From contig JBIJDH010000008.1 of the NCBI GenBank assembly GCA_044344255.1, positions 96,001 through 160,000 on the forward strand: DNA of 64,000 nucleotides, in the 5' to 3' direction. Both the position numbers and the translations under genes were made by a program. This stretch comes from Myxococcota bacterium. GTDB taxonomy: Bacteria > Myxococcota_A > UBA796 > UBA2385. Positions 26,571 through 35,907 of this stretch are shown here, in pieces. The notes below the pieces were generated by a model. The model made no database searches and was not told the origin of the DNA. It saw only the letters and a program-made list of their open reading frames with translations. The stretch's first letter is position 1; each line of letters starts with the position of its first letter.

Positions 26571-28102
26571 CCCGCCCGCTGTCCGCCACCTCCAACTGGC
26601 CCGCCGTCTGGCGCCGCTTCCGCCCCGAGGCCGAGGCGGTGGTCGACGTCGGCACCGACCAACGCTGGACCTGGACAGAGCTGCACAGACAGTCCCTCGC
26701 CTGGGCGGCCCGCCTGCAGCGAGAGGGGGTGGGCCCGGGTGACCGCGTCGCGCTCCTGGCCCTCAACCGCGCCGAGACCTTCGCCCTGCTCTTCGCGGTG
26801 GCCGAGCTCGGCGCGGTGCTGTTTCCGCTGAACTGGCGCCTCTCCCCCGAGGAGCTGCGCTGGCAGCTCGAGCACAGCCGCTCCCGCCTCCTGCTCGTCG
26901 ATGAGGCCCACTGGGCCTTGGAGCTCGGGCTCCCCCGCCTCCTGCTCGAGGAGGGGCCGGGCACGGTCGATCCCGACGGCTGGGCCGGCGGCGCGGGCTG
27001 CCGCCTCGAAGACCCTTGGATGTTGATGTACACCTCGGGCTCGACGGGGAAGCCCAAGGGCGCGATGCTCAGCCACGGGCAGGTACACTGGAACGCGCTC
27101 AACACCATCCTCGCCTGTGACCTCGACGCCGGCTGCAGCACGCTCACCTTCGCGCCGCTCTTCCACACCGGCGGCATGAACAGCCTCAGCACCCCGCTGC
27201 TCCACCGCGGCGGCAAGGTGGTGCTGGTGCCGCGGCTCGAGCCGGCCGAGGCCCTGGCCCTCATCGAGGGGGAGCGCATCACGCACCTGATGGGCGTGCC
27301 GACGATCTACCAGCTGCTCGCCGACCACCCCGACTTCGCCACCCGCGACCTCTCCAGCCTGCGCGACGCCCTCTGCGGCGGCGCGCCCCTCGCCTTGCCC
27401 CTCTTCCTCCGCTATCGTTCGCGTAACATCCCGTTACGGCAGGGTTTTGGCCTCACCGAAGTGGGGCCGAACTGCTTCTCGATGCCGATCGGGCAGGCAG
27501 AAGACAAGATGCGCGGCGATCCCAGCGATCCCACCCTCGGGCCCCCCGGGAGCTGCGTCGGGATGCCCATCCACCACATCGACGCCCGCCTGCTCCGCCC
27601 CGACGGCAGCGAGTGCGCGGTGGGGGAGCCCGGCGAGCTCGTGCTCGGCGGGCCGGCCGTCTTCGCCGGCTACCTCGACGACCCCGGCGCCACCGAGCGC
27701 TCGTTCCAAGGCGGCTTCTTCTACACCGGCGACCAGCTCTCGCGGGACCGCGACGGCTTCTTCTACGTGCGGGGCCGCCTCAAGGAGATGTACAAGTCGG
27801 GCGGCGAGAACGTCTACCCGGCCGAGGTCGAGGCGGCGCTCCAGCAGTGCCCCGGCGTCGCGCAGGTGGCCGTCGTCGGCGTCCCCGACGCCCGCTGGGG
27901 TGAGGTCGGCCGCGCCTTCGTCGAGGCTGACCCCGGCGTCACCCTCGTCGAGGCCGAGCTCCGCGCCTTCCTCGACGGCAAGCTCGCCCGTTTCAAGCTG
28001 CCGAAGCTCTACACCTTCGAGGCGCTGCCGCGCACCGGCTCGGGGAAGATCGACAAGGTCGCCCTCCGCGCGCGGCCCCTGCCGGGCCCCGCCCTCCCCT
28101 GA
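26567..28102 (+). CDS. Acyl-CoA ligase (AMP-binding family)
   Basis: YTSGSTGKPKG, PLFHTGG, GFGLTE, TGD, GR.KEMYKSGGENVYPAEVE, LPRTGSGKIDK; ATGA-coupled to phaC2. Confidence 0.9.
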   Translation: MTRPLSATSNWPAVWRRFRPEAEAVVDVGTDQRWTWTELHRQSLAWAARLQREGVGPGDRVALLALNRAETFALLFAVAELGAVLFPLNWRLSPEELRWQLEHSRSRLLLVDEAHWALELGLPRLLLEEGPGTVDPDGWAGGAGCRLEDPWMLMYTSGSTGKPKGAMLSHGQVHWNALNTILACDLDAGCSTLTFAPLFHTGGMNSLSTPLLHRGGKVVLVPRLEPAEALALIEGERITHLMGVPTIYQLLADHPDFATRDLSSLRDALCGGAPLALPLFLRYRSRNIPLRQGFGLTEVGPNCFSMPIGQAEDKMRGDPSDPTLGPPGSCVGMPIHHIDARLLRPDGSECAVGEPGELVLGGPAVFAGYLDDPGATERSFQGGFFYTGDQLSRDRDGFFYVRGRLKEMYKSGGENVYPAEVEAALQQCPGVAQVAVVGVPDARWGEVGRAFVEADPGVTLVEAELRAFLDGKLARFKLPKLYTFEALPRTGSGKIDKVALRARPLPGPALP

Positions 28103-28146
28103 ACGGCCGCCGGCCTCCCTCCCTCTCCCTCACGACGGAGCCCTCC

Positions 28147-28794
28147 ATGCGCCTCCTCCGCCTCGGCCCCCCCCCCTGCCTCGGCCTCCTCCCCCGCCTC
28201 GGCCTCCTGTTCGGCCTCTCCCTCGGCGCCTGCACCCCCGACGACGCCAGCGGTGACAGCGGCGACAAGTCCGGCCTCGACGGCACCGACGGCACCGACG
28301 GCACCGACGGCACCGACGGCACCGACGGCACCGATGGGACGGACGGCACCGATGGGACCGACGGCACCGACGGCACCGACGGGGGCGGCAGCGATGACCC
28401 CATCGTCGGCACCTGGCTGTCCGAGGGGGACAACATCAGCCCCCTGTTCCAGGCCAACCCCTTCAAGTATGTGACGATCACCGCCGTCTTCAACGCCGAC
28501 CTCAGCTACCAGGTCGACGCGCTCACCGAGGGCGGGGACGCCTACACCTTCATCGGCACCTTCGTGGCCGACGGCAGCACCAGCCCCCGCGGCATCGTGC
28601 TCGACCAGAGCTCCCCCTCCGAGACCGTGGCCGAGGGCATCTACGAGGTCAGCGGCGAGACGCTCACCTACGAGGTGGTGGTCACCACCCCCGACTACGG
28701 CTTCGTCGCCCCCACGCCAGCGACGGGCTTCGGCAGCACGTCGGGCCGGGGCCTCGCCGAGGGTGACAATGTACAGACCTACGTTCGGCAGTAA
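28147..28794 (+). CDS. Lipoprotein with (DGT)n linker and lipocalin-like beta domain
   Basis: LSLGAC lipobox; DGT repeats; IVGTW motif followed by beta-rich sequence. Confidence 0.7.
   Translation: MRLLRLGPPPCLGLLPRLGLLFGLSLGACTPDDASGDSGDKSGLDGTDGTDGTDGTDGTDGTDGTDGTDGTDGTDGTDGGGSDDPIVGTWLSEGDNISPLFQANPFKYVTITAVFNADLSYQVDALTEGGDAYTFIGTFVADGSTSPRGIVLDQSSPSETVAEGIYEVSGETLTYEVVVTTPDYGFVAPTPATGFGSTSGRGLAEGDNVQTYVRQ
28279..28377 (+). repeat. 9-bp tandem repeat encoding (DGT)11
   Basis: GACGGCACC units with synonymous variants. Confidence 0.9.
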
Positions 28795-28803
28795 GGAGCC
28801 CCA

Positions 28804-30366
28804 TTGTTGCTGTCGCTGACCCTCCTCACCCTCACCGCCCGCGCGGGTGAGCCCGCCGAGTCCCGGTGGGCCGACAGCGTGCAGCCCGGTCCGGCGCCGG
28901 TCGGGAGCGGCTTCTCGGGGGTCGCCCTCTTCCAGAACCGCTACGTGCTCTCGAACGTGGTCACCACCAACCCCTTCCTCGACGGGCAGGTGGTGGGCAA
29001 GCTGGGCGGCATCAACAGCACCACCGTCAACGATGGCGGCCAAGACCTCGACGGCGACGGAGAGATCGACGAGAAGTCGGGCAACGCCTCCTATGTCGAG
29101 CAGCGCCTCGGGCTCTACTTCCGCTACGCGCCCACGATCTGGTCGGACAAGGTGGCGCTAAACACCGCCTTCGAGCTGGACTTCCTCTGGGGAGATCAGA
29201 GCGGCAACGTGGGCGGGAACACGGGCGGCGGCTTCGGCGCCGATCAGGTCAACATCCAGACCCGCCGGGTGAACCTCGCCGCCAAGGTGCTGAAGCACGG
29301 CCACCACGAGGCCACCCTCGTGAGCGGCCTCCAGTTCGTCTCCGACGGCGTCTACGACCCCGCCAAGGCCCGCCCCGACGAGCTCTTCCGCATGGGCGGC
29401 GGGCTGCGCTTCTGGGGCTCCGAGGCGGCCGGGCTCTCTCTCTATGGGCGGTACAAGGACGACTCGGGCGAGCGGCTCCGCTACCGCCTCGGCGGCTACA
29501 CGCTCTCCGAGCAGGGGGTGGCGATCCACGACGACACCGGCCTGCTGATGGCCGACGTCCAGGTCTCGCCGGCGTACGGGATCCGCCTCGCCGGGCACGC
29601 CTGGGCGCTCTTCGACCGCAGCGGCGGCACTGGCGGCGCCTTCGGCGTCGGCCCCTCCTCGCAGCTCTCCGAGCTCCAAGGCGGCCCCTCGCTCGACCTC
29701 CGCACAGCGGCCGAGACGCCGAAGCCCCTGATGGACGCCGATCTCCGCTGGTTCGGCGCCGACGGCGGCTACAACACCGCCCTCGACAAGGGCCCGGTGG
29801 GGGTGGGCGCGCTCTACATCCTCAACCAGGGCACCCTCTACGCCGAGGACGTCGATCCTGTCGCCGTCCTCGGCTGGCTCGCCGACGCCGAGCTCCGGGT
29901 CCGCTGGGCTTCCGGGGCGGGCTCCGTGCTCCGCGCCGAGGTCCTGGCCACCAGCCGCGACGGCACCGGCGCCACGCAGTACACGGGCGTGGTCACCGGC
30001 AACAGCTACGGCGTCGTCGGCGCCCTCTGGGGCAGCCACGGCTCGATGCTGATGCTGCCCGACCCCTGGGCCGTCAACCGCCAGACCCCCATCGTCCCCG
30101 ACGTCTCCAACGCCGGCGTCGGCCTCCGCGCCGCTGACCTCAGCGCCGGTTGGGACCCGATCCCGAACAAGCTCACCGTCCAAGCCGGCGCCACCTGGGC
30201 CCAGGACGGCCTGGGCGAGGGCCTCGGCACCGAGCTCAACGGGCGGGTCATCGGTCACCCCTGGTTCCTCGCGAACCTCGGCCTCGGCGTGGCCACCGTG
30301 AAGGGGAGCCGCTTCGACGCCGACCCCTGGACCGTCATCGCCTCTTACGACCAGGTCTTCTTCTGA
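28804..30366 (+). CDS. Exported protein, probable outer-membrane beta-barrel
   Basis: AGGAG RBS plus TTG; signal peptide ending ARA; alternating beta-strand pattern; C-terminal YDQVFF. Confidence 0.6.
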   Translation: MLLSLTLLTLTARAGEPAESRWADSVQPGPAPVGSGFSGVALFQNRYVLSNVVTTNPFLDGQVVGKLGGINSTTVNDGGQDLDGDGEIDEKSGNASYVEQRLGLYFRYAPTIWSDKVALNTAFELDFLWGDQSGNVGGNTGGGFGADQVNIQTRRVNLAAKVLKHGHHEATLVSGLQFVSDGVYDPAKARPDELFRMGGGLRFWGSEAAGLSLYGRYKDDSGERLRYRLGGYTLSEQGVAIHDDTGLLMADVQVSPAYGIRLAGHAWALFDRSGGTGGAFGVGPSSQLSELQGGPSLDLRTAAETPKPLMDADLRWFGADGGYNTALDKGPVGVGALYILNQGTLYAEDVDPVAVLGWLADAELRVRWASGAGSVLRAEVLATSRDGTGATQYTGVVTGNSYGVVGALWGSHGSMLMLPDPWAVNRQTPIVPDVSNAGVGLRAADLSAGWDPIPNKLTVQAGATWAQDGLGEGLGTELNGRVIGHPWFLANLGLGVATVKGSRFDADPWTVIASYDQVFF

Positions 30367-31331
30367 TGCCCATGTCCCCGGTCAACGCCTCCTTCCTGCT
30401 CGCGCTCGCGAGCTGCGTGCCCAAGTACTCGAGCCTGCCGGCCTTCGAGCCCGACGCCCTGGTGACCCCCCTCCCCGTCCGCCACATCCAGGTGGACGGC
30501 GTCGACATCGCCTACGTGGACAGTGGGAAGGCCGAAGATCCAGAAGAGACCCCGCTCGTCTTCATTCACGGCCTCTCCTCTTACATGGGCTACTGGGAGT
30601 ACCAGCTCCCCGAGCTCAGCCGAGAGCGGCGCGTCCTCGCGCTCGATCTGCCGGGCTACGGCGCCTCCGGCCGGCCCGACGCCGCCTACACCCCGCCCTA
30701 TTACGCCGAGACGGTCCTGCACTGGCTCGACATCCTCGGCGTCGATCGGGCGATCTTCGTCGGGCACTCGATGGGCGGCCAGATCAGCCTCACCATCGCC
30801 ATCGACCACCCCGAGCGGGTCGAGAAGCTCGTCCTCGCCGCCCCCGCCGGCATCGAGCGCTTCAACGCCGGCGCCGGCAAGTGGATGAAGGAGTATTGGA
30901 CCGAGGGCCGGGCGCTCGAGGCCACCGAGGAGGAGCTCCGCGCCACCTTCTCCACCCTCGTCTTCAACCGCATGGACGACGGCGCCGAGCGCCTCCTCGA
31001 GGAGCGGGTGCGGGTGCGCGACACCGCGGCCTTCAAGGGCACGAGCGTGGCCGTCGCCCGCTCTGTCGCCGGCATGATCGACCATCCCGTCGTCGATCGC
31101 CTCTCCCTGGTGCAGGCCCCGACGCTCATCGTCTACGGCACCGACGACCACATGATCCCGAACCCCGTCTTCACCGGCGGGAGCACCCGCCGCATCGCCC
31201 AACAAGGCCACGCCGCCATCCCGGGCTCCACCCTCCGGATGATCGACGGCGCCGGCCACACGGTCCAGCACGACGCACCGGAGGCCTTCAACGAGGCGCT
31301 CCGCACCTTCATCGCCAGCGCTCGGCGCTGA
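30366..31331 (+). CDS. Alpha/beta hydrolase lipoprotein
   Basis: LASC lipobox; FIHGL, DLPGYG.S, GHSMGG, G.DD.MIP, AGH. Confidence 0.85.
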   Translation: MPMSPVNASFLLALASCVPKYSSLPAFEPDALVTPLPVRHIQVDGVDIAYVDSGKAEDPEETPLVFIHGLSSYMGYWEYQLPELSRERRVLALDLPGYGASGRPDAAYTPPYYAETVLHWLDILGVDRAIFVGHSMGGQISLTIAIDHPERVEKLVLAAPAGIERFNAGAGKWMKEYWTEGRALEATEEELRATFSTLVFNRMDDGAERLLEERVRVRDTAAFKGTSVAVARSVAGMIDHPVVDRLSLVQAPTLIVYGTDDHMIPNPVFTGGSTRRIAQQGHAAIPGSTLRMIDGAGHTVQHDAPEAFNEALRTFIASARR

Positions 31332-31341
31332 CGGAGTCCCC

Positions 31342-33204
31342 ATGCTCCTCTTCGCCCTCAGCGCCCGCCTCCTCTGCCCGGCGGCCCTGGCCACCCCGGC
31401 CTTCGACCCCACCACGCCCGACGAGCGCTTCACCGGCGAGGAGACCTACACCCTCGACGGCAGCCTCAAGCTCTGGAGCGCCATCGAGCGGCTGAAGGAC
31501 ACCGACTCTCTGTTCACGCAGGAGGAGTTCAACTCCGGCACCGAGTGGCCCACGGACGCCTCCTTTGCCCCCTTCATCCCCGAGTGTTTCGGCACCCAGC
31601 AGCCGAAGTCCGGCACCTTCCTGCTGCACATGGGCCTCGACGAGGAGGTCACCTCCGGCACGCCCATCCTCTTCGTGAGCGGGGCCGGCGACAACGGGAG
31701 CCGTGGTTTCATCACCATGGCCACCCGGATGAACAACAACACCTTCCGGCCGGTCTACGCGATCACCTTCGCCCACCCGCACGGCGATGTGTTCCAGCAG
31801 GCCGAGATCGTGGCCGACGCCATCGCCCGCATCAAGGCCCGCACGGGCGCCGCCCAGGTCGACGTCGTCTCTCACTCGAAGGGCGGCATCGCCACCGCGA
31901 TCTACCTGTCGAACGACAGCAGCGCCTCCTGGAGCCGCTCCGACTACCAGACCCGCGGCACCGAGTACAGAGGCGACGTGCGCAAGGCCGTCTTCATCGC
32001 CACCCCGCTCGGCGGCATCGACTCCGCCTTCCGCTGGTCCAACGGCAACCTCGCCTCCACCGACGCCGACGCCGCCCTCTCGCCCTCGTCCTGGTCGCGG
32101 TACTATCCGTACACCACCTCTGTGTACTGGACCTACACCGACCTGACCGCCCAGGACTTCCTGAAGGACGACACCGGCGACCTCTTCCCCGGCCAGCGTC
32201 AGCTCCTCCAGCGCTGGGACGAGGTCTACGATCTGCCGGGGGAGAGCTCCACCCTCGGCGCCTACTCCATCCAGCTCGACTGGTACACGACCTATTACGG
32301 TGGCACCGGCTTCTACTCCATCTCGCCGGGCATCGACGACGTGATCGCCGAGGGGGACGGCGTCTTCGAGAGCCTCACCGAGAACGGCGTCGACCCTGCG
32401 GTGCGACTGTACATCCTCGCCGGCGAGAACCCGATCATGCCGAACGGCACCTCGGACTACCTCGCCTCCTCTTTCGATGAGTCCTGGATCGACGTCGCCA
32501 CCGCCGGCATCGACAAGTGGGCCCTCCTCCTCGGCGATCTGGTGGGCGACACGCTGATGAGCGTGGGCTACGCCGACACCGACATCGCCGGGCTGGCGAG
32601 CGGCAAGCTCATCCTCGGCGAGGTGAGCGGCCCCTCGGACGGCCTCGTCTTCGTCGACTCCGCCACGATGAGCACCACCCTCACGGGCCGCGGCGCCAGC
32701 GTCGAGGAGGTCTACGTCGCCAACCTCTCCCACCTCGACCTGCTCTACGCCTCCCCCATCACCGGCCAGCTCCTCAAAGACGACGCCGCCACCGACCCCG
32801 AAGAGAAGGGCTGGGAGGACGGGCTCGGCGACCGCTACATCGAGGCCGACACCCTCGGCTGGGTGCAAGACGCCCTCTCCGAGGACGACACCGGCACAGA
32901 CGGCACAGACGGCACAGACGGGACTGACGGAACCGACGGCACGGATGGGACCGACGGCACCGACGGCACGGATGGGACCGACGGCACCGACGGCGGCGGC
33001 GACACCGGCACCACCGGCGACGACGGCGCCGGCGACGGCGGCGACGGCAGCGCCGAGGACCCCGACGGCAAGTCCGGAACCGGCGCCCCCGCCTGCGGCT
33101 GCGCCTCGACGACGAGCCCCCTCAGCGGCGCCCTCGGCCTGCTCCTCGCGGGCGCGGGGCTCGCGAGCCGGCGGCGGACCGGCCACGATCGACAGAGCCT
33201 CTGA
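31342..33204 (+). CDS. Secreted lipase/esterase with MYXO-CTERM-like anchor
   Basis: Signal peptide; VDVVSHSKGG, IATP.GG, SDGLV, LSHLDL; acidic linker; tail ACGCAS...ALGLLLAGAGLASRRR. Confidence 0.8.
   Translation: MLLFALSARLLCPAALATPAFDPTTPDERFTGEETYTLDGSLKLWSAIERLKDTDSLFTQEEFNSGTEWPTDASFAPFIPECFGTQQPKSGTFLLHMGLDEEVTSGTPILFVSGAGDNGSRGFITMATRMNNNTFRPVYAITFAHPHGDVFQQAEIVADAIARIKARTGAAQVDVVSHSKGGIATAIYLSNDSSASWSRSDYQTRGTEYRGDVRKAVFIATPLGGIDSAFRWSNGNLASTDADAALSPSSWSRYYPYTTSVYWTYTDLTAQDFLKDDTGDLFPGQRQLLQRWDEVYDLPGESSTLGAYSIQLDWYTTYYGGTGFYSISPGIDDVIAEGDGVFESLTENGVDPAVRLYILAGENPIMPNGTSDYLASSFDESWIDVATAGIDKWALLLGDLVGDTLMSVGYADTDIAGLASGKLILGEVSGPSDGLVFVDSATMSTTLTGRGASVEEVYVANLSHLDLLYASPITGQLLKDDAATDPEEKGWEDGLGDRYIEADTLGWVQDALSEDDTGTDGTDGTDGTDGTDGTDGTDGTDGTDGTDGTDGGGDTGTTGDDGAGDGGDGSAEDPDGKSGTGAPACGCASTTSPLSGALGLLLAGAGLASRRRTGHDRQSL
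32899..32988 (+). repeat. 9-bp tandem repeat encoding (DGT)10
   Basis: GACGGCAC(A/C/G) units. Confidence 0.9.
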
Positions 33205-33270
33205 GCGAGCCCGCGCTCCGGCCAGACGATACGGGGGCCCGCCCCCCACCATCCGCGGCCCGGAGCGCTC

Positions 33271-33888
33271 ATGTCGATCGTCCTCTACCACCACAGCCAC
33301 ACCCGAGCCGCCAACGTCGTCTGGATGCTCGAAGAGCTGGGCGTGCCCTACACCCTCGAGCACGTCAGCCTGAAGACCGGCGGTCACAAGACCCCGGCGA
33401 TGTTGGCGATGAACCCGATGGGCAAGCTGCCCGTGCTGGTCGATGATGGCGTGGTCATCACCGAGTCGGCGGCCATCGGCCTCTACCTCGCGGATCGGTA
33501 CGGGAGCGGCACGCTGGCCCCCGCCCTCGACGACCCCGCCCGCGGCACCTACCTGCGCTGGGCCCTCTTCGCCCCGTCGGTGATCGAGCCCGGCTCGATG
33601 GCGAAGGCCGGCGGCTGGACCGCCCGCGAGGGGGCGGTGGGCTGGGGCAGCCACGACGCGATGATCGCGGCGATAGAGAGCGCCATCGGCGCCGGGCCCT
33701 TCCTGTTGGGCGAGCGTTTCACGATGGCCGACGTCATCTTCGGCGGCACGGTCCGCTTCATGCTCGCCTTCAACATGCTGGAGCAGAAGCCCGTCTTCGT
33801 AGACTACGTCGCCCGCATCAACGCCCGCCCGGCCAACCTCGCCGCCCGGGCCCGCAACGAGGCCGAGCTCGCCGCCCACCCGGACTGA
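33271..33888 (+). CDS. Glutathione S-transferase family protein
   Basis: WMLEELG, NPMGKLP.L, ESAAI, GERFT.AD. Confidence 0.9.
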   Translation: MSIVLYHHSHTRAANVVWMLEELGVPYTLEHVSLKTGGHKTPAMLAMNPMGKLPVLVDDGVVITESAAIGLYLADRYGSGTLAPALDDPARGTYLRWALFAPSVIEPGSMAKAGGWTAREGAVGWGSHDAMIAAIESAIGAGPFLLGERFTMADVIFGGTVRFMLAFNMLEQKPVFVDYVARINARPANLAARARNEAELAAHPD

Positions 33889-33889
33889 G

Positions 33890-33909
33890 CCCCGGGAGGC
33901 CCTCCGGGG
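33890..33909. terminator. GC-rich hairpin between convergent genes
   Basis: CCCCGG(G)AG-gcc-CTCCGGGG; no U-tract. Confidence 0.3.
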
Positions 33910-33913
33910 AGCT

Positions 33914-34594
33914 TCACAGGCCGCCGTTCGCCGGGAGCACCTTGCCGCTGAGGGCCGTGTTGTGGTGGATGAACCACAGCGCGGTCGCCGCGGCCTCCTC
34001 GGCCCTCCCCACGCGCCGCAGCGCCGAGAAGCGGGTGTACTCCGCCGCCTGCGCGGCAGAGACGGCCTGCGCCGCGCCGCCGTCGAGCAGGCCGAGGGCG
34101 ACGCCGTTCACGAGCAGGCCCTGGGGCCCGAGCGCGTGGGCGAGGGCCATCACGGCGGCCGACAGCGCTCCCTGTGCCGCCGCGAGGTGCGGGGCGATGG
34201 GGAAGGACTGCCCGGGGGCGAGGCCGGTGAAGGCGACGAGGTTGCGGGGGCGGCCCGCTGGGCGCTGGGAGAGCGCCGCCGCCGCGTCGATCAGCGCCCC
34301 GGCCTGCACCCGGACCGCGTGGCCGAGGGGGTCGGGCCCCAGGCCGACCGCGGGGGCGGCGGCGCAGTGCACGAGGTCATCGGCCATGAAGCCCGCAGCG
34401 TCGAGGGCGGCGAAGAGGGCGGCGACGGCGCCGGGCAGGGCGAGGTCGCAGCGGAGGGCGAGGCCCGGCAGCGCGGCCGCCACCGCCTCGCCTTGTTGGT
34501 AGGTGAAGGCCACGCGGTCTCCCCCGCGGGCGAGGCCCCGCACCACGGCCTGGCCGACGTGGCCGCTCCCGCCGAGCACCAGCACCCGCCTCAT
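33914..34594 (-). CDS. Degenerate SDR-family oxidoreductase
   Basis: GGSGHVG; the YxxxK position reads LAAAQ; VNGVALG, SGKVL.ANGG; ATGA-coupled. Confidence 0.75.
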   Translation of the reverse strand: MRRVLVLGGSGHVGQAVVRGLARGGDRVAFTYQQGEAVAAALPGLALRCDLALPGAVAALFAALDAAGFMADDLVHCAAAPAVGLGPDPLGHAVRVQAGALIDAAAALSQRPAGRPRNLVAFTGLAPGQSFPIAPHLAAAQGALSAAVMALAHALGPQGLLVNGVALGLLDGGAAQAVSAAQAAEYTRFSALRRVGRAEEAAATALWFIHHNTALSGKVLPANGGL

Positions 34595-35907
34595 CGGCTC
34601 GTCTCCCAGAGCCAGTCGAGCTCGGCGCGGATGTCGGTCACGACGGCCTCCAGCGTCTCCATCGGGATGTTGTATCGAGGCTGCATGCGAAAGACCGACC
34701 AGTCGTGGCCGCAGGTGAAGAAGAACCAGCCCCGCCGATAGAGCCGGTGACAGAGCAGGGGAGAGACCGTGGCCCGCTCGGCGAGGCCGTGAAAGCCGAA
34801 GTGCTCGAAGGACAGCCAGGGGTGGTCGAGGGGCCGCAGCTTGAGGCCGAGCATCAGGCCCTCGCCGCGCAGCTCCTCGACGAGCGGGTGCCCGCCCACC
34901 GCGGCCTCCAGCCAGCCCCGAAAGCGGGCGCCCCGCTCGCGGACGCCCTCCAGCACCGCCTCGTCGATGAGGTTGAGGGCGGCGATGCCGGCCACCATCG
35001 AGAGCGCGTTGTAGCTGAAGGTGATGTTGTGGCTCTCGCCGTCCTCGAAGTCCATCCCATAGGCCCGATTGAACCAGGCGGCGGAGGTGAGCATCGCCGA
35101 GGTGGCGACGAGGCCGCCGCCGAGCTGCTTGGCGAGGAGGACGGCGTCGGGCCGGCGGGGCCAGCGCTCGCTCCGGGTGAAGGTGCCGGTGCGGCCGAGG
35201 CCGGTCTGCACCTCGTCGGCGACGAACAGCACGTCCTGCTCGCGGGTGAGCCGGCCGGCGGCCTCGACCCACTCCGGGGGCAGCACCCGCACGCCCCCCT
35301 CCCCTTGGATGGGCTCGACGATCAGCGCCGCGACGTCACCCTCGGCGAAGGCCCGCTCCAGGGCAGGGACGTCACCCCAGGGCAGCGACTCGGCGTGGGC
35401 GAGCATCGGGCCGAAGGGGTCGGAGAAGGGCCCCTTGGCCATCAGCGCGGTGCTGCCGACGCCGCAGCCATGGTAGGCGCCCTCGAGGCCGAGGATGCGC
35501 CTCCGCCCCGTGGCGGCGCGGGCGAGCTTGATCGAGGCCTCCACGGCGTCGCTGCCCGAGGCGCCGAACCAGCTCCGGTCGTAGCCCGTGCGCTCGAACA
35601 GGAGCCGCCCGAGGCGCCCGGCCCAGGGCGTGACGCGGGCGGGGTACCAGCTCGGCGCGTCGGTCGCGAGGAAGTCAACCACCGCCCGCGTGACCGCGGG
35701 GTGCCGGTGCCCGAGGGCCTGGGTGCCATGAAGGTCCTCGAACTCGCGGCCATCCACGTCGACGAGGCGGCCCTCGTGGGTGCTCACCACCTGCCAGGGC
35801 TCCCCGGCGAGGCGGGCCCGCTGGCCGAGCAGGGGATTGACGAATTGCATGTATTCGTCGAAGCCCCGCTGTTGGACCTCGGTGATCGTCGGCGGCGGTC
35901 GCATCAA
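34591..35907 (-). CDS. Class III PLP aminotransferase
   Basis: GHRHP, SGSDAVEA..K, YHG, VEPIQGEGG, DEVQTGLGRTG, AKQLGGG, RGEGLM.G. Confidence 0.9.
   Translation of the reverse strand: MMRPPPTITEVQQRGFDEYMQFVNPLLGQRARLAGEPWQVVSTHEGRLVDVDGREFEDLHGTQALGHRHPAVTRAVVDFLATDAPSWYPARVTPWAGRLGRLLFERTGYDRSWFGASGSDAVEASIKLARAATGRRRILGLEGAYHGCGVGSTALMAKGPFSDPFGPMLAHAESLPWGDVPALERAFAEGDVAALIVEPIQGEGGVRVLPPEWVEAAGRLTREQDVLFVADEVQTGLGRTGTFTRSERWPRRPDAVLLAKQLGGGLVATSAMLTSAAWFNRAYGMDFEDGESHNITFSYNALSMVAGIAALNLIDEAVLEGVRERGARFRGWLEAAVGGHPLVEELRGEGLMLGLKLRPLDHPWLSFEHFGFHGLAERATVSPLLCHRLYRRGWFFFTCGHDWSVFRMQPRYNIPMETLEAVVTDIRAELDWLWETSR

Noticed and set aside
28279..28377. Tandem repeats as a CRISPR array
   Set aside because: 9-bp in-frame coding repeats with no spacers and no cas genes.
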